Of a stretch of 64,000 bases of DNA, positions 45,068 through 56,256 are shown in pieces (the first letter of the stretch is position 1; every line of letters begins with the position of its first letter). The position numbers and the translations under genes were made by a program. Origin of the DNA: Dehalococcoidia bacterium (lineage in GTDB: Bacteria > Chloroflexota > Dehalococcoidia > DSTF01 > JACRBR01). Where the stretch lies: NCBI GenBank assembly GCA_021462855.1, contig JAJTXQ010000067.1, positions 2,860-66,859 of the forward strand. Reading direction: 5' to 3'. The notes under the pieces were generated by a model. That model had not been told where the DNA came from, made no database searches, and saw nothing but the letters and a program-made list of their open reading frames with translations.

Positions 45068-46018
45068 CTAGCTGCGCTCCATCACCTCGTCGACGATGCG
45101 CTCGCGCACCGGCTCGGAGTTATCGATCGTGGTGTGGCGGACGGGCTCCTGCTCGCCGCCCTGCTCGCCGTTCGACGGACCGCGTTCGCCGCTGGCGTCC
45201 CAGTTCTCGGCATTAGGCGAGTCGTAGGGCTTGCCCCGCAGCACCGGGTCGTTCGTCTCGTAGATGTTGAAGACCGGCGCCTGCTGTGGTCGCGAGCCGG
45301 TGTCGCCCTGGTACAGCGCCTCGACGCGGTCGACGTCGACGATGGCGATGATCCGGCCGGCGTACTCGCCTTCGAGCCGCGCGCCGACGACGTCGGCGGT
45401 GACGCCGCCGAAGCTGTGGCCAACCGCCACGAGCCGCGCGCAGGGGAACCGATCGAGGTACACGCGCGTGGCGTGCGTGAGCCACTGTTCCATCGCGCTG
45501 TGCGCGTTCTGCGCGCCCTCGACCGCCGGCCCCGCGAGGACGTTGATCGTCTTCACGTTGCGATCGTCGTACGCCTTCTGCAGCGCGTCGATGATCTTGC
45601 GAATGCCGGCGGCGTCCGTCTTCTCGCGCAGGTTGACGCGGCCGCCGCCGACGCCGAGCAGGAGCACGGCCTTCGTGCCGTCCGCGCAGTTCACATCAGA
45701 TGACGCGAAGTAGTCGTGGGCGACGGCGTATTCGGGCTCCTGCTTGCCGCTGCACGCGTCGACGTCCGGGTTCAGCGCGATGTCGACCCCACGCACGAAC
45801 GCCGCGTCATCCTCGTCGCGGTCTCCGTCGGCGTTGAAGTCGGGCAGCTTCGACGGGTCGGCGGCGTCGGCGTCGTTGATTCGCCCGTCTTCGTTCTTGT
45901 CGAGGCAGGCGATCTGGCTGAACGTCGCGCGGGGGTTATTCGAGAGGCCCGTGACGTTGCACGCGGCGAGCAGGAGCGCGGCAGCGAGCATGGTGGCCAT
46001 GACGGCGTGCGGGTTCAT
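45068..46018 (-). CDS. lipoprotein with two EF-hand/dockerin-like Ca-binding loops and a lipase-like alpha/beta-hydrolase domain
   Basis: Lipobox LLLAAC, loops DKNEDGRINDAD and DFNADGDRDEDD, nucleophile elbow VGHSFGG. ATG 46018 has a GGGGGA SD; the upstream ATG 46036 lacks one. Confidence 0.75.
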   Translation of the reverse strand: MNPHAVMATMLAAALLLAACNVTGLSNNPRATFSQIACLDKNEDGRINDADAADPSKLPDFNADGDRDEDDAAFVRGVDIALNPDVDACSGKQEPEYAVAHDYFASSDVNCADGTKAVLLLGVGGGRVNLREKTDAAGIRKIIDALQKAYDDRNVKTINVLAGPAVEGAQNAHSAMEQWLTHATRVYLDRFPCARLVAVGHSFGGVTADVVGARLEGEYAGRIIAIVDVDRVEALYQGDTGSRPQQAPVFNIYETNDPVLRGKPYDSPNAENWDASGERGPSNGEQGGEQEPVRHTTIDNSEPVRERIVDEVMERS

Positions 46019-46083
46019 GTCCCCCAGCGTACGCATACGCCAGGTCGCGCGGGCGTTACGAATGCGTCATTTCCCTTGCGCCG

Positions 46084-47166
46084 CTATTGCACCGGCGCGG
46101 CGTCGACGACTTCGATGGGCGCGTCCGCGCGCAATTGGCCGCAGGCCGCCGCGATCTCGGTGCCCTTCTCGACGCGCACGGTGCACGGCACCCCGCGTGC
46201 CGCGAGTTCGCGCTGGAACGCCAGCGTGCGGTCGCGCCGCGGCCGGCGGATGCGGTCATCGCGCGTGGGGTTGACGGGGATGAGGTTGACGTGGCAGAGC
46301 AGGCCCCGCAGCAGTTCCGCGAGCGCGCGCGCCTGCTCCGGCGCGTCGTTCACGCGCTCGATCAGGCAATACTCGAACGTCACACGGCGGCCCGTCTTCT
46401 CGATGTACGCGCGGCAGGCCTCGACGATGTCCGCGAGGGGATAACGATGCGCCGTCGCGATCATGCTGCGGCGCAGGGCGTCACCCGGCGCGTGCAGCGA
46501 GACGGCGAGACCGACCTGCAGCGGTTCCTCGGCCAGCTTGCGGATCCCGGGGATCAAGCCGACGGTCGAGATCGTGATGTGCCGCGCGCCGAGCCCGAAC
46601 CCGGCGGCGCTGGTCAGCGTCTCGATGGCGCGCCAGACGGCGGGCAGGTTCGCCAGCGGCTCGCCCATGCCCATGAACACGACGTTGGTGATGCGCTGCC
46701 CGCCGGCATCGCGCTGTTCCCGCGCGAAGCCGATGACCTGCGCCACGATCTCGCCAGCGGTGAGGTTGCGTTCGAAGCCGCCCTGGCCCGTCGCGCAGAA
46801 CGAGCATCCCATCGCGCAGCCGGCCTGGCTGGAGACGCATACGGTCGCGCGGCCTCGGCTGTCGCTGCGCGGGTCGTACAGCATCAGCACTGTTTCGATG
46901 AGCCGGCCGTCGGCGAGGCGCAGCAGACGCTTGCGCGTCTGCCCGTCGTCCGACGCGATCTCGCGCACAACGTCGGTGCGGGGGAACGGCAGCGCATCGG
47001 CCAGCGCGGCGCGGAGAGCCGCGGGCACGTTCGTCATGTCGTCGTAGCTTGCGGCGAGGGGCCGGTACGCCCACTCCCATACCTGGCGGGCGCGGTACTT
47101 CGGCTGTCCGAGCCCGGCGACGTGCGCTTCGAGCTCAGGGAGGCTCAGGTCGTAGAGGGAGGCCAT
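46084..47166 (-). CDS. rlmN: 23S rRNA/tRNA (adenine-C2)-methyltransferase, radical SAM
   Basis: 360 aa with the radical-SAM cluster SSQAGCAMGCSFCATG and MGMGEPLAN. Confidence 0.95.
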   Translation of the reverse strand: MASLYDLSLPELEAHVAGLGQPKYRARQVWEWAYRPLAASYDDMTNVPAALRAALADALPFPRTDVVREIASDDGQTRKRLLRLADGRLIETVLMLYDPRSDSRGRATVCVSSQAGCAMGCSFCATGQGGFERNLTAGEIVAQVIGFAREQRDAGGQRITNVVFMGMGEPLANLPAVWRAIETLTSAAGFGLGARHITISTVGLIPGIRKLAEEPLQVGLAVSLHAPGDALRRSMIATAHRYPLADIVEACRAYIEKTGRRVTFEYCLIERVNDAPEQARALAELLRGLLCHVNLIPVNPTRDDRIRRPRRDRTLAFQRELAARGVPCTVRVEKGTEIAAACGQLRADAPIEVVDAAPVQ

Positions 47167-47172
47167 TGATCC

Positions 47173-47178
47173 AGTCTA
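47173..47178 (-). promoter_or_regulatory. -10-like TAGACT, 6 nt upstream of the rlmN ATG
   Basis: gTTAGACTggatcaATG on the minus strand. Confidence 0.45.
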
Positions 47179-47268
47179 ACGAATCTGCCTCGGGCCGATG
47201 CGCCCTTCCGCTCGGCCTCCGCGCGGCGCGACAATGCGGCGCAGGCACGAAACGACGGAGGATGCACC

Positions 47269-48159
47269 ATGACGACGACCGGAACCGACATCTACGTGGG
47301 GCGCGACTTCGGGCGCCACAACATCGCGATCACGCCGGAGCTGGTGACGGCGTATTCCGAGGCGGTCGACGACCACGACGCGATGTATACCGGCGCATCG
47401 CCGTACGGCGGGCCGGTCGCGCCGGCCCTGCTCCTGCACTCGGAGGTCTACGCCTACCGCGACCACCCGAAGGGTCCGCCGTCGTGGTACCTGCCGAACC
47501 TCTACGGCAACCTGCACGCGCGGCAGGAGTGGGAGCTCTTCGGCCCGATGATGGTCGGCGACGGCGTGACGAGCCGTTCGTTCATCACCGACCGCTACGT
47601 GAAGCGCGGCCGCGACTACGTGGTGAACGAGGTGCTGGTGTTCGGCGCTGCGGGGGGCGTTGTCTCACGCGGGCGGACGCACCAGAGCTTTCTCAGCGAG
47701 AACCGCGAAGAAGGCATGGTGATCGACAAGACCCGCGAGAAGTCGTCGGGGCGGCGGTTCGAGGTCGATACGTCGAACGCGCTGGAAACGATCGCTCCCG
47801 TGCGGAAGGCGATCACCCTCGACATGTGCTTCAAGTTCAGCGGGCCGGAGAAGAACTACCACAACGACAAGGAGATGGCGATCCGCACGGGCTTCCCGGA
47901 CATCGTCGTGCAGGGGATGATGTCGACGTGCTTCCTGTCGGAGATGATGACGAAGCGCTTCGGCGCCGGCTGGTTCGCCGGCGGCAAGATGAACGTCAAC
48001 CTCGTCAACATCGTGTGGGGGAGCGACGTGCTCACCTGCCGCGGCTTTGTGCGCGAGGTCACGCCCGAGGGCGCGCGCAAGCGGGCGCACCTCGACATCT
48101 GGGCCGAGAAGGAAGATGGCACAAAGGTGACGATCGGCACCGCGAGCGCCGTCGTCTGA
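47269..48159 (+). CDS. MaoC-like (R)-hydratase, double hotdog fold protein
   Basis: 296 aa, GGAGG SD. Two hotdog halves: the N-terminal half with HARQEWELFGPMMVGD, and the C-terminal half with HNDKEMAIRTGFPDIVVQGMM. Confidence 0.85.
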   Translation: MTTTGTDIYVGRDFGRHNIAITPELVTAYSEAVDDHDAMYTGASPYGGPVAPALLLHSEVYAYRDHPKGPPSWYLPNLYGNLHARQEWELFGPMMVGDGVTSRSFITDRYVKRGRDYVVNEVLVFGAAGGVVSRGRTHQSFLSENREEGMVIDKTREKSSGRRFEVDTSNALETIAPVRKAITLDMCFKFSGPEKNYHNDKEMAIRTGFPDIVVQGMMSTCFLSEMMTKRFGAGWFAGGKMNVNLVNIVWGSDVLTCRGFVREVTPEGARKRAHLDIWAEKEDGTKVTIGTASAVV

Positions 48160-48165
48160 CCGGCG

Positions 48166-49149
48166 TCAGTCGCGCGCGACGAGCAGGATGACGCCGGCCG
48201 TCGCGACCCAGCCGACGAGCGTGAGCATGATCGGCACGTCCTTGAGGAGCACTTCCTCGGGACTTCCGCCCTCCTTCTTCGTGTGCACGAGGTAGAGGTA
48301 GCGGAAGATGCCGTACAGCACGAACGGGATCGTCAGCATCATCGAGTGGTTCGATGGCAGGCCATCGGCCGTGAAGGTGTACAGGCCGTAGGCCATGAGC
48401 GTTGCCGCCGTGACGGTCGACGCCATCTGGTCGAGCAGTTCGTGCGAGTACTCATCGAGGATCTTGCGGTGGCTGCCGGCGCCACCCTGCAAGAGCTCGA
48501 GCTCGGCGCGGCGCTTGTTGATGCCGAGGAACAGCGCCCCGAGCGCGGTCACGACGTAGAGCCAGGGCGAGATCGGCACGTCGATCGCGAGCGCGCCGGC
48601 CATGGCGCGCATCACAAAGCCGGCGGCGATGACCATCAGGTCGATGAGCACGATGTGCTTGAGCCGGTACGAGTACGCCACCATCAGCAGCGTGTAGCCC
48701 AGGATGACGAGGCCCATGCGCCAGTCCAGCGCGAACGCGCCGGCGTTGCCGATGATGGCGAGTGAAACGGCCCATACCCATGACGCGTTTACTGAAAGCA
48801 GGCCCGCGGCGATAGGGCGGTTGCGCTTACGAGGATGCGCGCGGTCGCTCTCGATGTCGCGGATGTCGTTGACGAGGTAGTCGGCGCTTGACACGAGCGC
48901 GAAGCAGGCGAACGCGACGAGTGACTCGAGCAGCTTGGGGATCCAGCTGGACGGGTCGTCGACCTGGTAGTGGCTGTTGACCGAGAAGATGAGGGCAACG
49001 AAGACGATGGCGTTCTTCGTCCACTGGCGGGGACGCATGGCGCGGAGGACGGCGCGGAGGTGGGGGACGAGGCCGCCGGCGCGTGCCGGGGCGTGCTCGG
49101 CGAGCGGAGGATGCTGGCTGGCCGGCATCGCGGCCTCGTCGTTCGCCAT
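48166..49149 (-). CDS. UbiA-family decaprenyl-phosphate phosphoribosyltransferase-like enzyme
   Basis: 327 aa with RPRQWTKNAIVF and the Asp-rich motif YLVNDIRDIESDRAHPRKRNRPIAAG, plus about 8-9 TM helices. Confidence 0.85.
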   Translation of the reverse strand: MANDEAAMPASQHPPLAEHAPARAGGLVPHLRAVLRAMRPRQWTKNAIVFVALIFSVNSHYQVDDPSSWIPKLLESLVAFACFALVSSADYLVNDIRDIESDRAHPRKRNRPIAAGLLSVNASWVWAVSLAIIGNAGAFALDWRMGLVILGYTLLMVAYSYRLKHIVLIDLMVIAAGFVMRAMAGALAIDVPISPWLYVVTALGALFLGINKRRAELELLQGGAGSHRKILDEYSHELLDQMASTVTAATLMAYGLYTFTADGLPSNHSMMLTIPFVLYGIFRYLYLVHTKKEGGSPEEVLLKDVPIMLTLVGWVATAGVILLVARD

Positions 49150-49238
49150 GTCCGGCGCATCATAGCGCACCGTAGCTTCGCGATGAAACAACAGGACCGA
49201 AATGGCGCGGTCGATGATCCAATAAGGGGGTGGATGCC

Positions 49239-49711
49239 ATGGAGCGAACCGAAGCCTTGAAGACGCTGCGTCTCGACCCTGGCGCCGACGGCCGGATGGT
49301 TGAGTCGGCGTACTGGAGCCTCGTGCGAGGCGCGCAGGAGCGCGGCCACCACGACATCGAGGCGGTGCACGAGATCGATCAGCTGAACGAGGCGTACACC
49401 GCGCTCCGTCCGGAGTTCCCGCGTGCGCAGCCCGCACCCTCGCGGCAGGTCCAGGAGTCCGCTGGCCTGGAGTTGATCGACGCGATGGCCGACTGGCTGG
49501 CCGAGGAGGGGCTGCGGACGCGCGAGCGGTGGTCGCACCGCAATCCGGAGATCGCGCTGGTCGCCGGCGCCGCGCTGGTGCTGCTGGTGTTAGCGGTAGG
49601 CGCGGGCGCGTCGCTGCTCGTGACGTTCATTGCCGCGGCGGCGGCGTTCGCCGGCGTGTGGGCGCCGTGGCGCCACCCGCAGTGCACGACGCGCGGGCGC
49701 GAACGGCCTCG

Positions 49712-49715
<4 letters not shown>
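49239..49715 (+). CDS. J-domain-like (HPD-less) membrane protein (hypothetical)
   Basis: MERTEALKTLRLDPGADGRMVESAYWSLVR...IDQLNEAYTAL is a J-like helix pattern without the HPD tripeptide. A TM segment follows (IALVAGAALVLLVLAVGAGASLLVTFIAAAAAFAGVW). AAGGGGG SD. Confidence 0.6.
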
Positions 49716-51262
<1,547 letters not shown>

Positions 51263-51268
51263 GGGCGG

Positions 51269-51274
51269 ATCGTA
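51269..51274 (-). promoter_or_regulatory. -10-like TACGAT, 6 nt upstream of the pccB ATG
   Basis: ctgcTACGATccgcccATG on the minus strand. Confidence 0.45.
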
Positions 51275-51333
51275 GCAGAGGGTTCAGCCTCGCGGAACGA
51301 GGCATTCGTACCATGGCGTGCGCGGCGGCGTGC

Positions 51334-52746
51334 TCAGGCTGCGGGCAACCGCGGTTTGCGGTCGGCCCATGGCTGCAGCTGTTCGAAGGCCCGCGCCGCC
51401 CGCAGCACGGTCGCGTCCTCGTACGCGCGGCCGATGACATGCAGTCCGATCGGGAGCCCGTCGTCGGTCCAGCCGCATGGCACCGACGCCGCCGGCTGGC
51501 CGGTGAGGTTGAACGGCTGGGTAAACGGCATCCACCAGTACGCCGGCAGGTCCTTGCCTTCGAGGCCGCGCGGCTCGTGGCCGGTGGGGAACGGCGGCAC
51601 GGCGAGCACCGGCGTCAGCAGCAGGTCGTAGCGGCGGTGGAAGTCGCGCATCTTCTCCCAGATCGCCATGCGGCGCCGTTCCGCGCGCACGATGTCGACT
51701 CCGGTGGTGCGCAGCCCGAAGCGCAGGAAGTCGTGCGCCGGCTTGTCGAGCAAGTCGCGCTGCTCATCGGGGAGCTCGCTGATCCATGCCGCGTCGCTCG
51801 AAGCGGCGAGCTTGAAGAATGTCAGGTCCGCGGCCGGGCTCGGGAATCCCGGCGTCGCCTCCTCGACCTCGCATCCGAGGTCGGCGAAGCGGCGCGCCGC
51901 CGCCTCGCAGGTGCGCCTGACGACCGGGTCGACGTGCGCGTAGCCGAGGTCCGGCGACCACGCGACGCGCATGCCGGCGATGCCGCGGTCGACCTCCGCG
52001 AGATAGGAGCCCGGGTAGTCGACCACCGAGAACGGGTCCTCGGGCTCGTAGCCGCAGATCACGTCCATCGCGAGCGCGGAGTCGGCGACGGTGCGCGTCG
52101 TCGGTCCGCGATGCGAGACGGTGGACCAGCCGCCGGGCTTCTTCGGCACGCGTCCGAACGTGGGCTTGATGCCGAAGACGCCGCAGAACGACGCCGGGAT
52201 GCGGATCGAGCCGCCGCCATCGCTCGTCAACGCGATCGGCCCGAGGCCGGCCGCGACCGCCGCGGCGCCGCCGCCGCTCGATCCGCCGGGCGTGCGCGCG
52301 AGGTCCCACGGGTTGTTCGTCGCGCCGAACAGCCGGTTCTCCGTCAGCGGCACGAAGCCGAATTCGGGCGTGTTGGTCTTGCCGAGGTGGATGCCGCCGG
52401 CATCGAGGAGGCGCTGCACCGAGTACTCGCTGCCCGTCGCGATGTTGTCTTTGTACAGCAGGGAGCCCTTCGTGGTCGGCAATCCCGCGACATCGAACAG
52501 GTCCTTGATGGAGACGGGGACGCCGTGCAGGGGCCCGAGCGCTTCGCCGCGCGCGAGGGCGCCTTCGGCGCGCCGCGCCTGCTCGAGCGCCATCTCGCGC
52601 GTGACGAGCACGTAGGCGTTGAGCGCCGGGTTGAGCGCGTCGATGCGGTCAAGCAGCGCCTGCGTCACCTCGACGGGTGAAAGCCGCCTCTCGCGGATCT
52701 CCTTCGCCATGTCGGTGGCGGGCATCCACGCGATTTCGTCGTGCAT
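51334..52746 (-). CDS. amidase (amidase-signature family)
   Basis: 470 aa from MHDEIAW (AGGAG SD), with GGSSGGGAAAVAAG...GGSIRIPA and the catalytic K in VSIKDLF. Confidence 0.9.
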   Translation of the reverse strand: MHDEIAWMPATDMAKEIRERRLSPVEVTQALLDRIDALNPALNAYVLVTREMALEQARRAEGALARGEALGPLHGVPVSIKDLFDVAGLPTTKGSLLYKDNIATGSEYSVQRLLDAGGIHLGKTNTPEFGFVPLTENRLFGATNNPWDLARTPGGSSGGGAAAVAAGLGPIALTSDGGGSIRIPASFCGVFGIKPTFGRVPKKPGGWSTVSHRGPTTRTVADSALAMDVICGYEPEDPFSVVDYPGSYLAEVDRGIAGMRVAWSPDLGYAHVDPVVRRTCEAAARRFADLGCEVEEATPGFPSPAADLTFFKLAASSDAAWISELPDEQRDLLDKPAHDFLRFGLRTTGVDIVRAERRRMAIWEKMRDFHRRYDLLLTPVLAVPPFPTGHEPRGLEGKDLPAYWWMPFTQPFNLTGQPAASVPCGWTDDGLPIGLHVIGRAYEDATVLRAARAFEQLQPWADRKPRLPAA

Positions 52747-52840
52747 CGTCACTCCTCGCTGCTCGCCCTGGGGCCGCCACGAACATTGCCGAGCGGGCGC
52801 CTGTGTGTCAATGGCCGTGGCTCTGCTATCATCGCGCGCG

Positions 52841-53851
52841 ATGGCACTGCAGATCGCGCCTTTTGACCGCGCGCGCCACCTTGACACCGCCGCGATGCTG
52901 CTCGCCGACCGGCAGCGGCGCGACCGCGAACGCGATGCGCGGCTTCCCGGCGCCTTCGAGGTCCCGGCAGCGTGCCGTCCCCTCGTCGAGCAGGCGCTCG
53001 ACGGGCACGGCGCGCACGCCGTCATCTGCAGTGACGGCGGGCGCGTGATCGGGTTTGCGGTGATGTCCGCGCAGGTGATCCCACAGACGCACTTCCTGGC
53101 GAGCTTCTTCCCGCCGCGCCAGGCATCGATGGGGTTGTCCGCGCACGCGGTCGAGGCTGGCGCGGAGTACGACGTGTACCGCGAGCTGTACGCCGCGCTC
53201 GCGGACCGGTTCGTTTCGCTCGGATTCTTCGACCATTCGGTGAACATCCCGGCGTCGGACGCCGCCGCGCGCGAGGCGTTCGTCTCGCTCGGGTTCGGGC
53301 TGTCGATGGCGGCGGCGATCCGCGATGTCGCTCCCACGGGGCGCGGCGGCGCGAGCGTCGACGTGCACCAGGCGGCGGCCGAGGACGCCGAGGCGATCTT
53401 CGCGCTGTCGGAGGAACTGACGCTGCACCACGCGCGCTCGCCGATCTTCAACCCGTACATCCGCGAGTCCGATGCCGAATCGCACAACTTGCAGCGCGGG
53501 CTTCTCGGCGACACGGCGAACGCCCACTGGGTGGCGTACGACGGCGCGCGCGCGATCGGCATGAACACGTTCATGCCCCCGGGGTTCCTGTCGCCGCTGA
53601 CGGTGCCGGACAAGACGGTCTACCTCTTCCAGGGCATCGTCATGCCCGATGCGCGCGAGGGCGGCGTCGGAACGGCGATCCTTTCGCGGAGCATGGCGTG
53701 GGCGCGCGAGCAGGGCTTCGAGCATTGCGCGCTGCACTTTGCCACGGCGAACATCCCGGGCGCGCGGTTCTGGCTGAGCAGCGGGTTCGTGCCGGTAGAG
53801 CACGGCATGCGCCGCCGCATCGACGACCGGATCGCCTGGGCCAACAAGTAG
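52841..53851 (+). CDS. GNAT family N-acetyltransferase, two GNAT-like halves
   Basis: 336 aa. The C-terminal half has QGIVMPDAREGGVGTAIL...ANIPGARFWLSSGF. TATCAT-N8-ATG leaderless-type start. Confidence 0.8.
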   Translation: MALQIAPFDRARHLDTAAMLLADRQRRDRERDARLPGAFEVPAACRPLVEQALDGHGAHAVICSDGGRVIGFAVMSAQVIPQTHFLASFFPPRQASMGLSAHAVEAGAEYDVYRELYAALADRFVSLGFFDHSVNIPASDAAAREAFVSLGFGLSMAAAIRDVAPTGRGGASVDVHQAAAEDAEAIFALSEELTLHHARSPIFNPYIRESDAESHNLQRGLLGDTANAHWVAYDGARAIGMNTFMPPGFLSPLTVPDKTVYLFQGIVMPDAREGGVGTAILSRSMAWAREQGFEHCALHFATANIPGARFWLSSGFVPVEHGMRRRIDDRIAWANK

Positions 53852-53855
53852 CGCC

Positions 53856-54449
53856 ATGCCTGTCGCACGCCTCCGCGGCGTGGTCGAAGAGAAGGGCGAC
53901 GGCTGGCTGATCGTCGGCGTGGGCGGCGTCGGCGTCCTTGCGTTGGTGCCGGCGCCGGCGGTGGACGCGCTGGCCGAGGGCGCCGCCGCGTCGCTGTACA
54001 CGTACCTTCACGTGCGCGAGGACGCGCTCACGCTGTACGGGTTCCTCACGCGCGATGATCTGCGCATCTTCGAGCAGCTAATCGGTGTGAGCGGCGTGGG
54101 GCCGCGCGCGGCGCTGGGGCTGCTTTCGGCGCTCGACTGCGCGCAGTTGACGACGGCGATCGCGGCCGGTCACGCCGACGTGCTGCGCCGCGTCCCCGGC
54201 ATCGGGCAGAAGACGGCCGAACGGATCGTGCTCGACCTCCGCGACAAGGTGGAGCCGCCGCTCGACGGCGGGGCGCCGCCGCCCGCCGCGAAGGCGCCGG
54301 AGGTCGACACGGAGCTCGTCGCGGCGCTGACGGGCCTCGGGTATAGCCAGGCGGAGGCGGCCGACGCGGCATCGCGCGTGCCCGAGGGCGATGGATTGGA
54401 CCTCGAGGAGCGGATTCGGGCGGCGCTCAGCTTCTTCGCGCGCGCCTGA
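53856..54449 (+). CDS. ruvA: Holliday junction branch migration complex subunit RuvA
   Basis: 197 aa: MPVARLRGVVEEKGDGWLIV..., HhH motifs (LIGVSGVGPRAAL, VPGIGQKTAERI) and C-terminal domain III. Confidence 0.93.
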   Translation: MPVARLRGVVEEKGDGWLIVGVGGVGVLALVPAPAVDALAEGAAASLYTYLHVREDALTLYGFLTRDDLRIFEQLIGVSGVGPRAALGLLSALDCAQLTTAIAAGHADVLRRVPGIGQKTAERIVLDLRDKVEPPLDGGAPPPAAKAPEVDTELVAALTGLGYSQAEAADAASRVPEGDGLDLEERIRAALSFFARA

Positions 54450-55262
54450 CTACCACGTCATCTCGCGGTGGACGCGCAGCGTCTCGGGCTGCTGGTCCCA
54501 CTTCGTGCCCGCGGTGAGCCCGCCGTCGACGACGAGCGCATGGCCGGTGATGAACGACGCCTCGTCGCTCGCGAGCCAGAGCGCGGCGCTGGCGATGTCG
54601 TCGGGCATGCCGGAACGGGGGATCGGCTGCAGGCCGGCGAGCGCGGTCCGCACGAAGTCGAGCGCCTCGGGCGCGCCGAGGCCGCCGGCGAGCAGCGGCG
54701 TCGCGATGCCGCCCGGGCAGATGCAATTGACGCGCACCAGGCGCTCGGCAAGCTCGATCGAGACGGAGCGCGTGAGGTTGATGATCGCCGCTTTCGCCGC
54801 GCTGTAGATGTGCGGCCCGCGGCCGCCGCCCAGGCCGGCCACGCTGGCGGTGCTGATGATGCTCCCGGAGCGCCGCGCGCGCATCGGGCCGGCGGCGTGC
54901 TTCATGCCGAGGAAGACGCCGCGGAGGAGCACGTTCATCGTGCGGTCGTACTCTTCGACGGTGATCTCGTCGATCGGGCCGACGGCGCCGCCGATGCCGG
55001 CGTTGTTGAACATGATGTCGATGGCGCCGAACTCGTCGATGGCGCGGCGGACCGCGGCGCGGACGTCAGCGTCGTCGGCGACGTCGGTGTGCTGGTAGAC
55101 AGCGGCGCCGGCGAGCGTGTCGGCGATCGTGTGACCCTTCGCGTCCTGCACGTCGGCGATGACGACGCGCGCGCCCTCCTCGACGAAGCGGCGCACGGTG
55201 GCCTCGCCCATGCCGCTGGCGCCGCCGGTGATCACGGCAGCCTTGCCGTCGAGCCGTCCCAT
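54450..55262 (-). CDS. short-chain dehydrogenase/reductase (SDR)
   Basis: 270 aa with TGGASGMG, NNAG and YSAAK motifs. GGGAGGA SD. Confidence 0.9.
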   Translation of the reverse strand: MGRLDGKAAVITGGASGMGEATVRRFVEEGARVVIADVQDAKGHTIADTLAGAAVYQHTDVADDADVRAAVRRAIDEFGAIDIMFNNAGIGGAVGPIDEITVEEYDRTMNVLLRGVFLGMKHAAGPMRARRSGSIISTASVAGLGGGRGPHIYSAAKAAIINLTRSVSIELAERLVRVNCICPGGIATPLLAGGLGAPEALDFVRTALAGLQPIPRSGMPDDIASAALWLASDEASFITGHALVVDGGLTAGTKWDQQPETLRVHREMTW

Positions 55263-55294
55263 GCGATGTCCTCCCGCGTGCCCGGGCGGGTGCG

Positions 55295-56044
55295 CTACAT
55301 GTACTGGCCGCCGTTGGGGTTGAACTGCTGGCCGGTGATCCAGTCGCCCTCGGTGACGAGGAAGCGCACGAACGCGGCGACTTCGTCGGGCTTGCCGAAG
55401 CGGCCGAGCGGGATCTGCGCGATCAGGTTCTTCTTCACGTCGTCGCTCAGCGAGGTGACCATGTCGGTCTCGACGAACCCCGGGCACATGGCGTTGACGG
55501 TGATGTTATTGCGCGCGAGCTCTTTCGCCGCCGACTTCGCGAACGCGATGAGGCCCGCCTTGGCCGCCGCGTAGTTCGCCTGCCCGACGTTCCCCATCTG
55601 CCCGATGATGCTGGACATGACGATGATACGGCCGTAGTTGCGCTCGACCATGTGAGGAATGGCGGCGCTGGTGCAGTAGAACGCGCTGCTCAGGTCGGTG
55701 TTGATCACCTCCTGCCACTCGTCGACGGACATGCGCTTGAGGCTGCGGTCGCGGTTCACGCCGGCGTTGGCGACGAGGATGTCGATCTGGCCGTAGGTCT
55801 CGATCGTCTTGTCGATGAGCGCCTTGCAGTCGTCCGGGTGGCCGACGCCGGCGCGGACGGCGATGGCGCGCCCGCCCTGCGACACGATCTCGCCGACGAG
55901 CTCGTCGGCCATCTCCTGGTTGGTGAAGTAGTTGACGACGACCGCCGCGCCCTCGCGGGCCAGCTCCTGGGCGCAGGCGCGCCCGAGGCCGCGCGACGCT
56001 CCCGTGACGACGGCCACCTGGCCTTCGAGCCGCTTCTCCGACAT
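55295..56044 (-). CDS. fabG: 3-oxoacyl-[ACP]/acetoacetyl-CoA reductase-type SDR
   Basis: 249 aa with TGASRGLG, NAGV, YAAAKAG and a C-terminal GGQYM. Confidence 0.88.
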   Translation of the reverse strand: MSEKRLEGQVAVVTGASRGLGRACAQELAREGAAVVVNYFTNQEMADELVGEIVSQGGRAIAVRAGVGHPDDCKALIDKTIETYGQIDILVANAGVNRDRSLKRMSVDEWQEVINTDLSSAFYCTSAAIPHMVERNYGRIIVMSSIIGQMGNVGQANYAAAKAGLIAFAKSAAKELARNNITVNAMCPGFVETDMVTSLSDDVKKNLIAQIPLGRFGKPDEVAAFVRFLVTEGDWITGQQFNPNGGQYM

Positions 56045-56244
56045 GTCCCCTCCGAGCCACGAATTCCGGCGGTGATCGATACGGCGGGACTGTACCCGAT
56101 GGCCCTTCGAGGGGCTAGCGATCCCGGCGGTGCGGTAACGCCGCGCCCGCTCGCGACACCGATGTTCGAGGCGGCGGCGACTCGGCCGAACTGCGGCGCC
56201 TGCAATCCGCCAAAGGGCCGAGGCATCGGCGTACGCCGCGCGCG

Positions 56245-56250
56245 TAGGAT
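56245..56250 (+). promoter_or_regulatory. -10-like TAGGAT, 6 nt upstream of the PAP2-like gene ATG
   Basis: TAGGAT-cgccac-ATG(56257). Confidence 0.45.
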
Positions 56251-56256
56251 CGCCAC

